This document shows positions 38,501-52,500 of a DNA stretch of 56,206 nucleotides, piece after piece. This stretch comes from Catajapyx aquilonaris. Taxonomy: Eukaryota. The stretch is from contig JYFJ02002478.1 in NCBI GenBank assembly GCA_000934665.2, forward strand, positions 1 through 56,206. Direction: 5' to 3'. The notes beneath the pieces were generated by a model. The model saw only the letters and a list, made by a program, of their open reading frames with translations. It had not been told where the DNA came from and did no database searches. Position 1 is the first letter of the stretch. Each line of letters starts with the position of its first letter. Both the position numbers and the translations under genes were made by a program.

Positions 38501-41500
38501 CGTACAGTAAAATGTGTAAATAATTCATTTGCTAAAAAGTGCCTGTCCTTTCAAAGGAACAAGTTTGAAAAAAGTAACTTACAATCGTGTGAACGACCAC
38601 CCAAAATACAGTGAAGCTATCTGCATTTAATTTTGAGCGAGAGAATTTTCTCTGCTTCCAAAAAATGAGTACCTTGAGGCATTGTTACTATCGACTAGGC
38701 AGTGTTTCGAGTCTCCTCCCAGCCTGACCCAGAAGAGCCCTTTGGAGACTTGAAAAGTTGCATGGGGGGTCCTTGTATAGTATAGAAAGAGGGTTCTGGT
38801 CCTCCCCACATTTCTTTCCTCACGTCCAAGTGGTCAACCTGATTTATCGTCGAGCCAGCACGTAGCCTTGCCTCCTGGCAAAGACCAAGAGGACGACTTC
38901 ATTAACAAGTGAAAAGTGTCTTTGTGGCTGCCTCTGCTCCTTATGGGCTGCTGCATCATGGGTGCCAGGAAAGAAAAAGGAAGAACCGGAAGGGTTTGTG
39001 TGTACATCTTGCGAATCGGATTTTTTTTTCTCCTCTCGGACTAGTTTCCACGAAATGGATGGCCATCCCATTCATTTGCCTTATCGCTGAGGGGATCATA
39101 AATAAACTTGCAGGTAAACATTCGGTGTCGCGTCGTCCGGATGTCCCAGAAAGTCACAATGTGGTGTATTTGATCAAGTAGCCTACACAGTGCAAGTGAG
39201 CACACACACTTTGAATTATTATGGTCAATACGCCACCCTGTGTAGTGTCTGTCTGTCCATAGTTGCGACACCGATTTACACGCCCACGTTGCTATAATAC
39301 GGGACCGGCAAATTGCAGGTGTGTTTTCGATTTCCGCGAAGAGGGTGTTGTCTGCAATGGATACGTCAGGAAACCGACAGGAAAATTGCGGCTGTTTGCG
39401 TGACTAGGGACAAGACGACGGTTTCCTTTTGTGTACATAGTACATGTCTTAAGCACAGACACCCCGAACCTGCCAGGTGAACATGGGCTTTTGACCCTGG
39501 ATCATATCTTCTTTTGTTAAGGACACCCCGCATTGACCTGCATGTTAATCTGCGTCATTCGCCGAGTCTCATTTTTTTGTATGTTCAGAAATACGGGGAA
39601 TATTTGCTGCGGAATAAATGACCATAGCTTCCAGTTTATTAATCACGCCAGGTGCATTTATATTTATATTTAAGGCAGCTTGAAAATTCAAATTGCAGGT
39701 TTTCGCAGTCGATATGATTGTTGAATTAGCAATGATTGCCTATATCAGCACAGCTTGAAGCCATTTTTGGGAACAGAGAGGGTTCAGTTGTATGATTAAT
39801 TCATGCCGCTGTTCTGATTTCTTCATAAGGTTTGGTCGAGGTAAACTAAAGCGGGCGATGTTGGTTATCTGCCTTATACATGACTTACAAGTGCGTGTGC
39901 AAACTTTTGATTTTAGACTTCAGAGAGTTTGACGCTGAATGCTACGATTGACATATCCAGGTTCAGATATTTCCTCTGTAAATCTGATGTGAAAAAGAAA
40001 TCCTTTCAATCTTCATTTTAAATCTGCATCTTGCAAAAGCGTTCCTTTCTGCGAAAACCTGTCTTGCGGAAATCATACAGTATACGCCGGTGAGACCAAA
40101 AATATCGTAACAGACAGATTTCCGACAAATCAATGGTCACTGTCAAAAATGATGACTTCCGTTTCATCCAACTGCTGACCGTCATCTTCCGTCATTCCCA
40201 CCAGGAAATAACGAACTTTACTCAGAAACAGGTTGGGGGTCCATGGAGTGTTCCAGGCCATTTTGCACTCCCCTGCCAGCAGATTTGTAGTCGAGCAGCG
40301 AACCCTCCTTGGCCGCTAATTACTCGTCGGACACGAGCATTGGCGAGAGAAACATTTTCCGTGTCCTTCTCCGGTTGCTGCAGTGTCGAGCACCCAACCT
40401 CTCTTTATATATCCCCCTCTTTTTTTGGGTGGGGATGGGATGGGCAAATGTGCAGCTTCATCGGACACCCAATTCAGGCATGAGTGTGTCGGGAGGGAGG
40501 AGCCATTTCCGCTGCAATTACCAGATCAAATATGTGTAGCTGAGAATTAGTACGGGGGAGGGGGTGGCCTGCCAAGTCCAATTTCACTTGTACGCGATCT
40601 GCATGTGATCGATGCGCACTTGTTGAAAGTTTAACGCTGCGGACTTACCGGCTGCAGAATTGGTAGTAGTCGCAGGACTTTTTTTCCAGGTGGATCACGC
40701 TTTAAATTGTTAATTGTGACAGACTGCGACATCTCGCTGGTGCGCCAGTTTGTTTAGTGTTTCGAGCAAGTGTCAGCATCACGTTGTCGTCTGGGTTGCC
40801 AACCTCTCCACTTCTGCATGAAGATGGAGGGCCATTATGGCACCGTACTTCATCTGGGCAACGAGGAGTTCGGACGAAGCGAAAACACAAATACATTCGG
40901 ACCATTCGAGTTTACTCATCTGTATATACATGTGCCCTTGTCCACACTCCAAAAAGCCTGGGCACCGCACCGCCTAGATGACATTGTTCAAGGCCAGCTC
41001 GTGTCCTGATATGCAGGCAATTTGTGCGACAAGAGAGGCTCTTAGGTTAGCTAACTCCCAGGATGAAACCCCATTTCCCTCCACACTACTCCTGGAGATT
41101 CGGTGCACGCAGAGAGAGACACTTTGTGTGCGAATCCTCCTTCCAGCATGTCTGAGGTCCTTATCGTTTTCCCGGAGAAACAGCAGCCAGGCCCAAACTA
41201 CGTAGCTCCTCCAGGGGTGGAGGACTTTTTTTTAAAAAAAGAATTAAGGTTGGTGTGCATGGATGGGGGAAGAGGTTGCCTCCTGCCCCCGAGATCATCC
41301 ACCATCTTCCTGCTGGAGCACTTCGGATAATAAGATGCCTCCGCACGCCCCTCCCACTCCTTACGTCGCACTTACTGTATACGCGGGCAGATTATGTTAC
41401 TACCAGATGCCACCCGTGTAATTGAAGAATAATGGCCGCCAGCTATATTTGCGATGGACACGTTTGGAAGCCGGAGGGTAGAGCGTCTCTAAATGATGAG

Positions 41501-43345
41501 GTCCTTTGTGCCATTGGGATGTTCAGAGTACCAAATAAGGTAAACTCAAGTGATGGCGTCATTATCGTACTGTACATCCTCAGTCATGTGTAATGAACAT
41601 TAGAGATTTTCCATTTCGTGTGTAATATTCCAATAATTATTTCCAGTCTATAGCGTTACCTTACAGCTAAGCGACAATTTCAGTTTAAGTTGATGTGGCA
41701 CTGTGTGCGCCTTGAAGGCAGTTAACAGTTTGGATAATTATGTGCGCTATCGTACTGTACAAGCAATATTTCCCAATAGTGATACATGCATGCAGTCCCA
41801 AAATTGGTTTTTAAAATCTGATTATTGGTTGCAGCAAAGGATAAATCGCGATAAATTGTCAAAGTAACTGTAACGTGCCATATCAAAAAGTTGGTGAGGC
41901 TTTTCACTGCCCGATACAAAACTGTGCCGCATTAGTATTGAAAAATATTGGTTTAAAAAAAACTGAATGGTTGTCCTCTGATTTCCTCACTTTATTATTG
42001 ATCGCAAATGGCCCAGCCTACACAGAAACTGATTACATCAAATGCGCCAGAAAGATTCCTAAATTGTTGAGCAAAGCGCGTTTTCCATGTCGATTTTTGG
42101 AGCAACAAAAAAAATGTTCAATTTTCTTTGTTTTTAATGCAGTAAACCCTTGTTTCCACCGGCATAATTATTGCTCTGGACTAAAAAGCATGGTAATTTT
42201 TAGAAGTCACTTTTGTATAATTACTTTTATTAATATAAATATAAGTATTTTCTGTCACAAACCATTTATTAGCAGATACACAGTCCACATAAGGGATTTA
42301 TGAATAATTCTTATTTGTACATCAGGCCTTCCCTAGATATGCGAGTTGAATATTTCACTGGAAAGAACAGTTATCATTGTTTCGCCCTTCGCCATTCTCT
42401 GTATGCGTTAAGATTCCGCAGGCTCTGACAGCATCCATTGTTTCCAGCCAATAAGCCCTGTTTAAAACGCGCCATGTTTCACGCCCAGTTTTTGCCCACC
42501 CTTCTCGCACTGGTCCATGTGTCACCATAATCGCAACCATGGAAGAAGAAAAAAAAAGAGAGAGCAGGAGCCAAGGTGAACTTGCGGGTTGAAGGATGGG
42601 CAAGGAACAAAACGACCGCAGGAGCGGTCGAAAATTGTCTCCCCCATTTGAAAATTGATGACTAGCAGGCGCCTATTGCGGGCCTGAGCCCTTCAAGTGT
42701 CATCCTGTCACCGGGAATTGATTGCCGCTCAGCAGAGGCTGCCTCTCTCCCTGGACTCCGGGACTTTCCTTCCCCCTAATAGGCGGATGTGCTGATTTAT
42801 GGCGGCCGGAAACTCAGCCGAGTGCCACACGTGAAGCGAATTGAATTAAACGCCAGTCCGCAGCTGTTTCCGCAAAGCATCACCGCAGCAGCAGGACGCT
42901 TTGTTCCGACTGTTATGCCCCCCCCAGAGAGAGACAGTATGGGCGACATACCTGCGAAAAGGGGGATCCAATCGATGCATAAATTGGGTGCCGCATGTAC
43001 GGCGCCGCATTAACGGTGTCAAGCATTAGTGGAACACACAGACCAGACCACCATTTTTTTAAAGGGTGTCACGTAGGGGTTTAGGGCTCTATAAACTTAA
43101 TTATGTACATAGGGTTGTTCCACTAACAAGAGGAGGTTTTAACTCGTGGAAGGGTCATATGGCGCAAAAAAAGAAGCGCATGCATTTGCAGCGTGTTCAG
43201 AATCACGTGAATACTCTGCGATCGAGTGATGTAGAGCAAATCATATACAGAATTTACAATCCCATAAACGAGTGTACTCATCACCTAGGTAATAGTTACC
43301 ATAGCTTTCGCTTTCCCCATACAACAATTAATATTAGATGACAGA

Positions 43346-43520
43346 GTGGACTTTGTCCGCGCAGTGACTCATCACCAACGTGCATGCAGTACTACAGTAC
43401 TTTCCCTCTGAGAGCGGCAGGAGTGTGCAGAGGGAATGCCTATGCGCCAACTGGCAGTGACCTGTCGTACTACGTCCAAGTTGGGGGGTTGCCAAAATTT
43501 GGCAATGGGCCAGCTACTAG
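43346..43520 (+). mobile_element. Non-autonomous Helitron-like repeat, family 1, copy C (3' part)
   Basis: Inverted relative to copies A and B. It ends in a typical Helitron 3' terminus: palindrome ttgccaaa-a-tttggcaa (43489-43505), an 11-nt spacer, CTAG (43517-43520), then target T. Confidence 0.75.
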
Positions 43521-46500
43521 TATTTATAGAAATGTTTAACAATCATATCGAGGCGATGCACTGTTGCGTGAAATAACTAGTGATGGAAGTGTGCAAAAGC
43601 AGTTGGATATGACTGAAATTCTGAAATATTGAACACTAGAGAGCTGGATGGCCAAGTAGTGTCAAAAAAATAAACATTTCAAGCCATCTCGACATCCGAC
43701 GCAGCATTTTCCGAGCCGAGTCGAGATATTGACATTGTTTTAACAAGTACTCGCATGAAGGGCAAGCGGGCATTAAAAACTTGATGAGTTCTGTTTACCT
43801 TGCCGTGTTAAACCCGAATATATCAACCGCCCCCATGCCTAAAAGGACACTCCACCACAATGCCTAAACCACGAAAGTACTTAGTATGCAATAATAATGA
43901 TGATTACGTTTCATTACTATAGTTTGGCAGTGTCACCTGGTGAGCATACTCTGCTGGCTATATACCCCCTTGCCTCTCAGTCAAAAAGAGCGTGGAAACC
44001 GACACCCTCGCTTCTTGAATCATGTAACCGACTATATCCGCAGCTGTCCACACATTCGACGGCGGCGTCTGCGCAGGTTCCAGGCAGGGACCGAGTCGGC
44101 CAGTGACGGCGACGCTCCCCGGCGCCCATGCGCCTCTTGGACGCCCGGCGCCTCCAACACACCCGCCAAACTGCAGGAGAGTTTCCAGAGTCTCGCCAAG
44201 TCTCTCTCTGCCCTTTTCTCAACGTGTGTCCGGTGACCTGTGACCGCCACGCACTTTTGACCCCTTTTTGCTTATCCATCGACTTGTTCCATTTGTGCTC
44301 TAGTTATACGCTGAGGACTGTGCCGTTTACTTATTATTTTTTATTGAGGAAAGACACGTATTGCACATGGGGTGACCTGCGTGGGGTGTGGTCACGCACC
44401 GAGATCAAAGCGACCCTTTTTCTGTTTTATTCTGACTACTTCTAAGTGTGTGGATGTTGTTGGCTTGGTGTTCACAAACTGCGTTTATCCAATGTGGAAG
44501 GTGCGATTTAGCTTAGGAAGATCGCTGTTGTGTCGCCATCCCTGAGAGCGACTCTCACTTCTCTGCTCAAACTACGAACAACAAGCCAGTAAGGATTTGC
44601 CTGCTCTCATTACATTGTGCATGAAACAGTAGTGCAATGTAGCTTGATCGTGGATAAATCGAATATTGTTGATCAACCAATTTCAAGGAAGTCGCTTCCA
44701 TCGGGTTGATTCCCTTTAAACTGGCTGACTGGGATGTTCAATATTATTCTTAAGTTCTCTCCCATTTTCTTCCTCTTTAATATTGTTCAGTGCAGTATTC
44801 TGCTGCAATGCATGTTGTTTTCTTCAACTGGAGCCCATGTGTGCTTCGCTATATAACTGTGTAACAGCATCACCGATATTGGTCTGCACACGATGATTGT
44901 TAATCAGTTGAGAGCCTGTTTGTAACTTGTGGTCAATCAATATTTTGGTAATTAATTTATTCTGCTGCATAAAAAGTGGGGGGTTTGTCCGTGTACTTAG
45001 AGGATTACTCCATCTGAATTTTTTTCCACATAAAGCAAAATATAGGATTGTGCCACGTAAATTGTACGCGAATTTTTTAAAACAAGGCACTGCATGTAGC
45101 TGCGAATATTCTGAACGTGCCTAGGTAATTTCTCTGAGTGCAAATTTTTCCGATAAAATGGCCGCATGTAATTTTCCAGGACATTTCATGACCCATTATT
45201 TTTAGCTCACATTTGGGGTTAACTGATGCCGTCTCTACTTTATCGCTGATTACTAACTTATTCTTGCATTTGGAAATGTCATGATGCATAATATGTTGTG
45301 GAGATAATCGCATGCCAATTAGTCACTGGTGTGAATAAGGGAAGAGCCTGCTTGTTATGCCACAATCAACCACTGGTGGTTGGCTAATTGGGGTCATCTA
45401 ACACGCAGAATGTCCCCTATAGGTTGGTAGCAAAACAAAAGTTAATTTGCAAATGTCGCAATCGTTACAATGAACTGTCTCTGAATAAAATCCGAGAGGA
45501 AATGAACGCCTTTCTTCGTCACCTTGTGTACCACTGCATATCTATCGGAGCTTCCTCTGGCGCAGATCAGTCCTCTTCCTCTTTTCGTCGGGCAGTAAAG
45601 TCCGAAGTGGACTTTGAGGAATGATTGGATGTAGCCAGTGTAAGAGCGATGGGTCTGCTCGCATCCAATCAAGCCTGTCGTGTAGCCCATGAAGAGGCTG
45701 CAGGTATGTGTCCCTCACATAAATCTGGGACACCAATTGAAAGAGAAGAAGTAGCGGAGGACGCGATTTTTTTTGCCTTCTTTTTTTGGCAGGGGGGGGG
45801 AAGTGCGAGAGAGAAATTACTTTCATGGGAGCCATTCCGAAAAGGGGGAGACTGTACAGTTAGAAAAGTGGCCGAAATTTGGGCCATTATGAGCCTGGCA
45901 CTGAGTTAAAACGTACCTGCCTCGGTCTAAGTGATAACGAGGGCATCACGCTAACTCGGATATAGAGTTGCCTGTAACAATATTAGGAAACCATTCATTT
46001 GGTATCACGCCCACACGCTGCAAATGTCACTTATTACGTTTTGGAAGGCAAGATATTACTTTATCGATACGCGTTGTAACAAAATTACCTTCATTCGGAA
46101 TATTGAATTTATTAACGTAGACACTTGTAAGAATTGATGAAATTCACAATAGGCGTGTGATAGTCTGTGTTGTGATAATATGAGGCAAAGTTATTTTAAA
46201 TAAATAATAAATCTCTCTGATTAGCATCATTTTTGAATATAACTCTTTAATTATCTTCTCACAAGAGTGAAGTATCCAACGTGATGAAATTTATACTGCA
46301 TTTGAGAAAGCAAACTTCACCTTCTGATGACTGTAAGCTCCACTATATCCTCACATACAGTAGCCTATGTTGGGAAGGATTTAACTAATACTTTAATTCG
46401 AGTGGGTAATATTATTTTCAAGGCTCCTTCTTAAAGCCACTTCAGACTGGCTTCCCTTCTGCACAGAATCGGCCAAGTTAGTATATTAATGTCAGGAAAA

Positions 46501-49500
46501 GATTAAGCTTCACGTGCTAAGGGTTATATATTTTGATTATGGCTACCCGGAAGTCTCAGAAAATGAAGCAGTCAATCCCGCAACATTTGTTTCATGTCTG
46601 GTCTAGGCCACGGGGCACGTACGTCGGACGTAATTATGCCTCTTCCTATCTATAGTACACTCAGCATGATCGAAACGTGTACTCTATATACAAACGCAAC
46701 CCACACAAGTAATATGTTTTGGTGCTGACCTACTCAATATTTTGCAGGCTTATCGATCAAGTCTGCCAGTCAAGATCAGAGCTGGGTAAATAATTTGTAC
46801 AGTGTCTCGTAGCGGTTTTTTTTGTTTCAACTTTTTCTGACACTACCAGCTGGTTGTATCTGATGAGCAACATTTTTTAAAGATTACAAAATACTATTAG
46901 AGTACAGGTTCACTCCTGATTCATCGATCCAGAGCCTTTGATTTGCATGTATTCTGTGTGTGTATACTACTCGCGGTAAACGGGTGGTCATAAAAGTTGC
47001 AGCGATTGGCAAATGCGGGGATTTGCTCCGGATTTTCCAGTCCCCCCTCTTCACGACACCGTACTTGAAAATAGCATCCGTAACTATTCATTTCCGTGTC
47101 AATTTAAATTGTAATGTGAGAAGCGGACAGGTGGGAAAGCCAATGCTCGAGATCGATACTTTCACCATGCAAAGGTATATATTTTTTCGTTGTATAAATC
47201 GGGTTCAGAGTATGGTTTATATATTTTTTCTAGTATTTTTTTCTGACCCCGACAGCACTACGGTTGTACACAGCTCGCGTGCACACACTGATTCTGCTGA
47301 TACGTAACAAAGTTGACTTTTGCTCCCAGCCCCGTGTCTGCGTGACCCTCGCTTGTAGGTATATTATGTTGACACTTCAATCGCCCTGTTGCGGTTTTTT
47401 TTATTATTATCCGCCTCTCGTGTAAGGGAAGCGGATCCCGGCTAGCTTTTTTTTGTGTGTTTTATGTATAAGCCCCACCAAGTACGTAATGCCAGCTAGG
47501 ATATATGGTGTAATGCATTTATTATGTGCAGGAGCCTGGGCTCCAGAGGACGTGCTGGACTTAATTGGACTCTGGAGATTTTAGATTAATATGCTTTGCC
47601 GTGTCATCCCTTGACGCGCGGTTAATGAAGGGGATTCATTTTATTGCGCTTAATGCTCAAGTGCAAGAAAGGCCGTTGCACCTGTATGAAGCATAGAGTA
47701 CTCGAATAATGTAATGAGAAAAATGCAAATTAAAATTTCACATTACATTAGCGCATAATTCCTGCATGTAATGAATAATTTTTGGGGTATATTTGAATAT
47801 TGCAATATCAGCAAGGGTATAATGACTGTCTATTTTAAATAAACTTATTTTAAAAATACAAAATTAAATAGCAGGCGAGATAGGCTGATTTTCTGCACAT
47901 TTTCATACTGTAGAAAAACGACTGCATTTTAAAATAGCATGTCATTCATCATATTAATTCATAGCCCTTAGTTCCTGTGTTTAGACTATTTTGACCTCAA
48001 ACCGGATTTCTATTCAGCTGTTTGTACCACTCTTCCGATTCTATAGACACACGAATTCGCGTGTCGTGATGTCAAATAGACGTGTCCTATAATCGAATTG
48101 GGACGAACTACCTATTCCAACTACTATTTTCTGTTATTGGGTGCATTTCAATTTAATCACGATTTCGGAGGCTATTGGCACATCATGTTCAAACTTCAAA
48201 GTTAACCATTGTGATTTATTTGATCAACTCTTTTCCTCTCTCTCTCTCTCTCACACACACAAAAACGGAGAGACCTTCACAGTTGTCACATTTTGTGAGC
48301 GGGTCGTCCCTTTTTCGTATGCAATGGTTAGGACCGTTTGTGCGTCGGAGCAGCAATTCATAAACTGTCGGCGCACTTTATGAAGTCTGGCATTCCGATG
48401 GGTTTTGCAGGAATGAGATTATTTCTGAAGTGGTGCGAGGGGCTCCTAGAGAGTGGCAAAAAAAAGATAGGAGAGAACTCCAGGGAATTTCTGGAATTCT
48501 CCTGGGAAATAACACTCATTAAGACTGAATCCGGTCTTGCCTAATGGCATTAAAGTTGCGGCTCCAGATTGGGTCAGAATGCAAATAAATTTTTTTTGCA
48601 AGCCACATTTTTTTGATGTTTTCTACTGACCATTTAGACCAGATATAACGGAAAACTTTGAGCTAACTGCATTACTGCAAAAAAAGGGCTGAAAGGTCTT
48701 TTCCTGTCCACGTGGGAGGAAAATTGGAGGCGGCGAGAGGAGATTGGCTAATTACCGTGAGTTTTGTTGCCCGAGACTCCACAAAAGAACGTCAGCTCGA
48801 TGCGGCCCATTCCAATCGACTTGGCTAGAACAGGGCTTGGAGGGGGGGATGAGGATTTTTTGGGACGTTTTACCCTGGCACAATCGACACTGGGGCAAAT
48901 CCGCCCAGGGGGAGAAATCCTACAACCCGACACAGAGTGTTGGATGAAAGGAATGGATGGAAAAAAGGGCGTGGCACGAGACTTGGGAGTCGGAAATGAA
49001 AGAGATGGATTTCGACGCAATTAACAGGGCGCCCGTGGGTTAGAGAAGAAAGGACCTGTCAGTCCTGGGCTTCAGTCTGAAAATCAAAAAAGCAAAGCTC
49101 TCAACACACTTTTTTTTTCTTACAACAAAAAGTTTTTTTGGGGGGGCATAAGTTGCTTGTGCAAACTTTTTTTTTTGCGATTTTATGTGTTGGAAAAAAA
49201 CAGCCTTTATGCCTCGTATTCATGCCATTATGGCAGACTTCTGGCTTTACTAGGATTTGCCCGTATTTTTGAAGCAGCTTTGTTTGTATTTCAGGCTGCT
49301 TTTAACATTAGTTTTTTTTGCTTTAATTGCGGAAATGTTCTGCTTTTTAAAAATATAAGCCGCTCACCTATACAGTTATTTTCTCTTGTAGACGCGGTGT
49401 ACTCTATAGGTATGATTATTCTGCTGTAGATCATGCAGTCCTATAACATAATTGTGTAGCCTTTTATGGGGTACTGTAAAGTAATAGTTTAATTCACCAC

Positions 49501-52500
49501 AATTATTACTTTATTACTTTATGAGTTAAATATTTTGTGCGGATCATTTTCATGGGCATGTATTGTCGACCAATTTTTTAAATAGAAAATGTTAATCATG
49601 TTTTCCAATACTTAGGTTGCATAAAATCAACAACAGGATAATTGGTCGATTTTGCACAATTATTCACAAGAGACAGGTTTCCCATACTTTGCTTTTATAC
49701 AATTACCCGAGTTGATTCAGTTCCAAATTCGCAGAAAATATTTTGCGAGAGTTATGTCAGCAGACAATAACAAGTCCAATCTGCTTCCCAAAAGGGCATA
49801 TCAAACAGATAAACGAGTGTTTCGTGACATTTTCACATATCTGACTTTAGGGCCACCTCGCACATAATTAAGCAGTCGGCAATAACCCGGGAAATAGGTC
49901 ATGACTAATGAGATCGTTACACTGCATATTTAACACTTCTCATACTGAAGTAACTGGCCCCTCTGCGTATCACGAATCAGCAGATGATGCACATCAATTA
50001 TTACTGGTCAGAGTTAGTGATATGGATCACGTGAATAGTGTAATGGCATTGCAATTTTATCTCGAACCTAATATGACCTAAAGTGTCTGTGTGTGTAATT
50101 ATAGCTCAGGAGTTACTTAATTCTTTCTGACTACGGTGTAAATAATTTACGTCCCACTTTTGCCTAAAATTGTGGAATAGTGTGACAATCTCTGAGTTGC
50201 TGGAGCTCTATATAACTTTTCTTCCGGTTAGCCTACTTTTTATACTCCTTCTCTCACACACACAAAAAAGTTTCATCACATCAGCCATCGTTCGGTGAAG
50301 ATTTGGGACACCCTGGACTGAATAAAGAGGGCACCGGGACACTTGGGGAGATTTCCGTTTTGCATACCCTTCCGAGGCGCCAGATAGGCGGGGAAAATGC
50401 CTCGGAGACACGATCGTTTACAGATCGAATGGCTATATTATAAGGCTGGAGTGTTCCTTCATGAAGGAATTTCGGCTGGCGCTTCTTTTCATCGTCTCTA
50501 AGGAACTAGGCACCGGACCCAACCCACTGCTGCTATTTTTTTTTCTTACATCTCTTGATGGCAAAATCAGAAATGCTAAGGAGGTTGTGTCTTGGGAATG
50601 ACCCGGTTGTAAAAATTCGGAACAGGAATAACTATTCTGGACTTGGCCCAGGGCTAAATACTGCCCGATTATGATTATGCAAGCTGTAAAAAAAATATAA
50701 GAGCTCGAATATTCCTCCTTCCGATAGTGCACCAATGTCATTAAAATTGTGGCCTATTTTTTCTGACTATGACTCTTTGGTCTACAAAAAAAAATTGCTT
50801 TTTGACACTAGCAGTTATCACTGTTGTTCTAAAGTAGCAGTCGTATAGAGCACCATAATTAAATACATTATCATGAATCTGTGTTTATCAGAAAATGGAA
50901 ATAGATAGGCAACTAGGCACCTAGGTGTTCCATTTATGGTTAGGATTGTGTGCAATGATGAGTAACTGCAGTCATCTTCGTGGATGAACGGAAAAAGAAT
51001 TCAGCTATTTATTCCGAGAGGTCCAAAAATTCCATGATGAAATATGGCCTTATCCCGATTCGCCATCTCGGTTTCTGTTTGCGAAATGGCTCATGCCATT
51101 GCTTCGATTTCTTCCGCTTTATTGTTCGTGCCAAACCTGCAGTTCTTCCCATTCGGTTATCACCTAGAAAAAAATCGACCTCTCATCCCCGCAAAAACCT
51201 AACCCGCACCTTTTCATGAAAAAAAGAGAGAAAGAACGGATGCTAATTTTCTCAGTTCAAACCCTTAAGGGCATATGAGAGAGAGAGAGAGAAAATGAGA
51301 GAAAAAAACGAGCTTGCTTTTATGACCTCATCAGCGGAGTTCGTATGAAAACGAATCATGCGCCATCATCGATTTATTCGGTGCACGACTTCATAGGATC
51401 TGCATTTTTCGAGTGGGTATGCAGTCGGGAAAATGCTGATAAGACTACTGCAATGTGTACCTTAACCGTCTGCTAAGCAACAAAACGCTATAGCCGCCAA
51501 CATTGATTTATGGGCGTGATGCGACAAATACTAGTTGCAGAGGAAAAAAAATCCAGCCTGTACTGTATTTCGACACCATTTATCTAGCTCACAAAAAAAC
51601 AATTGGACAGGATTTATTCGCCTCCTTAACTATGGATAGGGCTTGATAAGTGCGTGATCTGTTCAAGTGCTATTTGTCATCAGAATTATATTGACCTGGC
51701 TGTTATGTACAAGCCATACTTTTCATGCCAAATTAGCATCCTGCAATGTTTCGATATCCACAGTACTATGAAGCAATGCACCCCTTTTGCATCATATACA
51801 CGAGGCGGGAAATCATAATTACCGTAGGCTTCATTAAGACGAAGGGGGGCTCCGTTCCACTGGGAATGGCGCCTTCCTAATAACTTTCTTAGAGCGAATG
51901 ATGCCGCGCCTCTTCTCCTTAATACCATCCAATTTCCTAACTCGCTTGAGTTCGTGTAAATTTGGTTGACGCTCGTTAATAACTTTCCGCGCCCCGATTT
52001 TATCACCCAGGGATTTGAACTATTAGCAGCTTGATTTTTTTAAAAGAGGAAAGATAGATAAATAAAGAAGTGTATACGGTTTAAGGATTAAGATGGAGGA
52101 AAAAGAGGTATGCTTAGTGGCGGTTTTTGACCAAGCCGCGGTTCTGAACGAGTCATTAGCGGTTACAGGGTGGCGGTCGCTGTTAATTGCAACCGCGTGC
52201 CTCGGTTTCCCGGATTCATAAAAGTTGGTCAGTGGCACCGATGCCTCTGCCCCGCCGTGTCTTTCCCTGCTTTTGGGGGAGGATTGTGGGTTGCAAGCGA
52301 AGAGGATGGGTTCGGAGATGGCACGGGTCCAACCATGCTGCGAAATCCGGATAAAGAAATAGGAGTTATTCTAGTAGACTCCATAGGTTTACTCAGAAGG
52401 TGCACAACGAGTAGGCTGGACATTAATGGTGTCGTACTGAAGGTGCCAGGAACCATAGGCGGCAAAAGAGCGAATCGAAGTGCTGAAATAGCAACCAATA

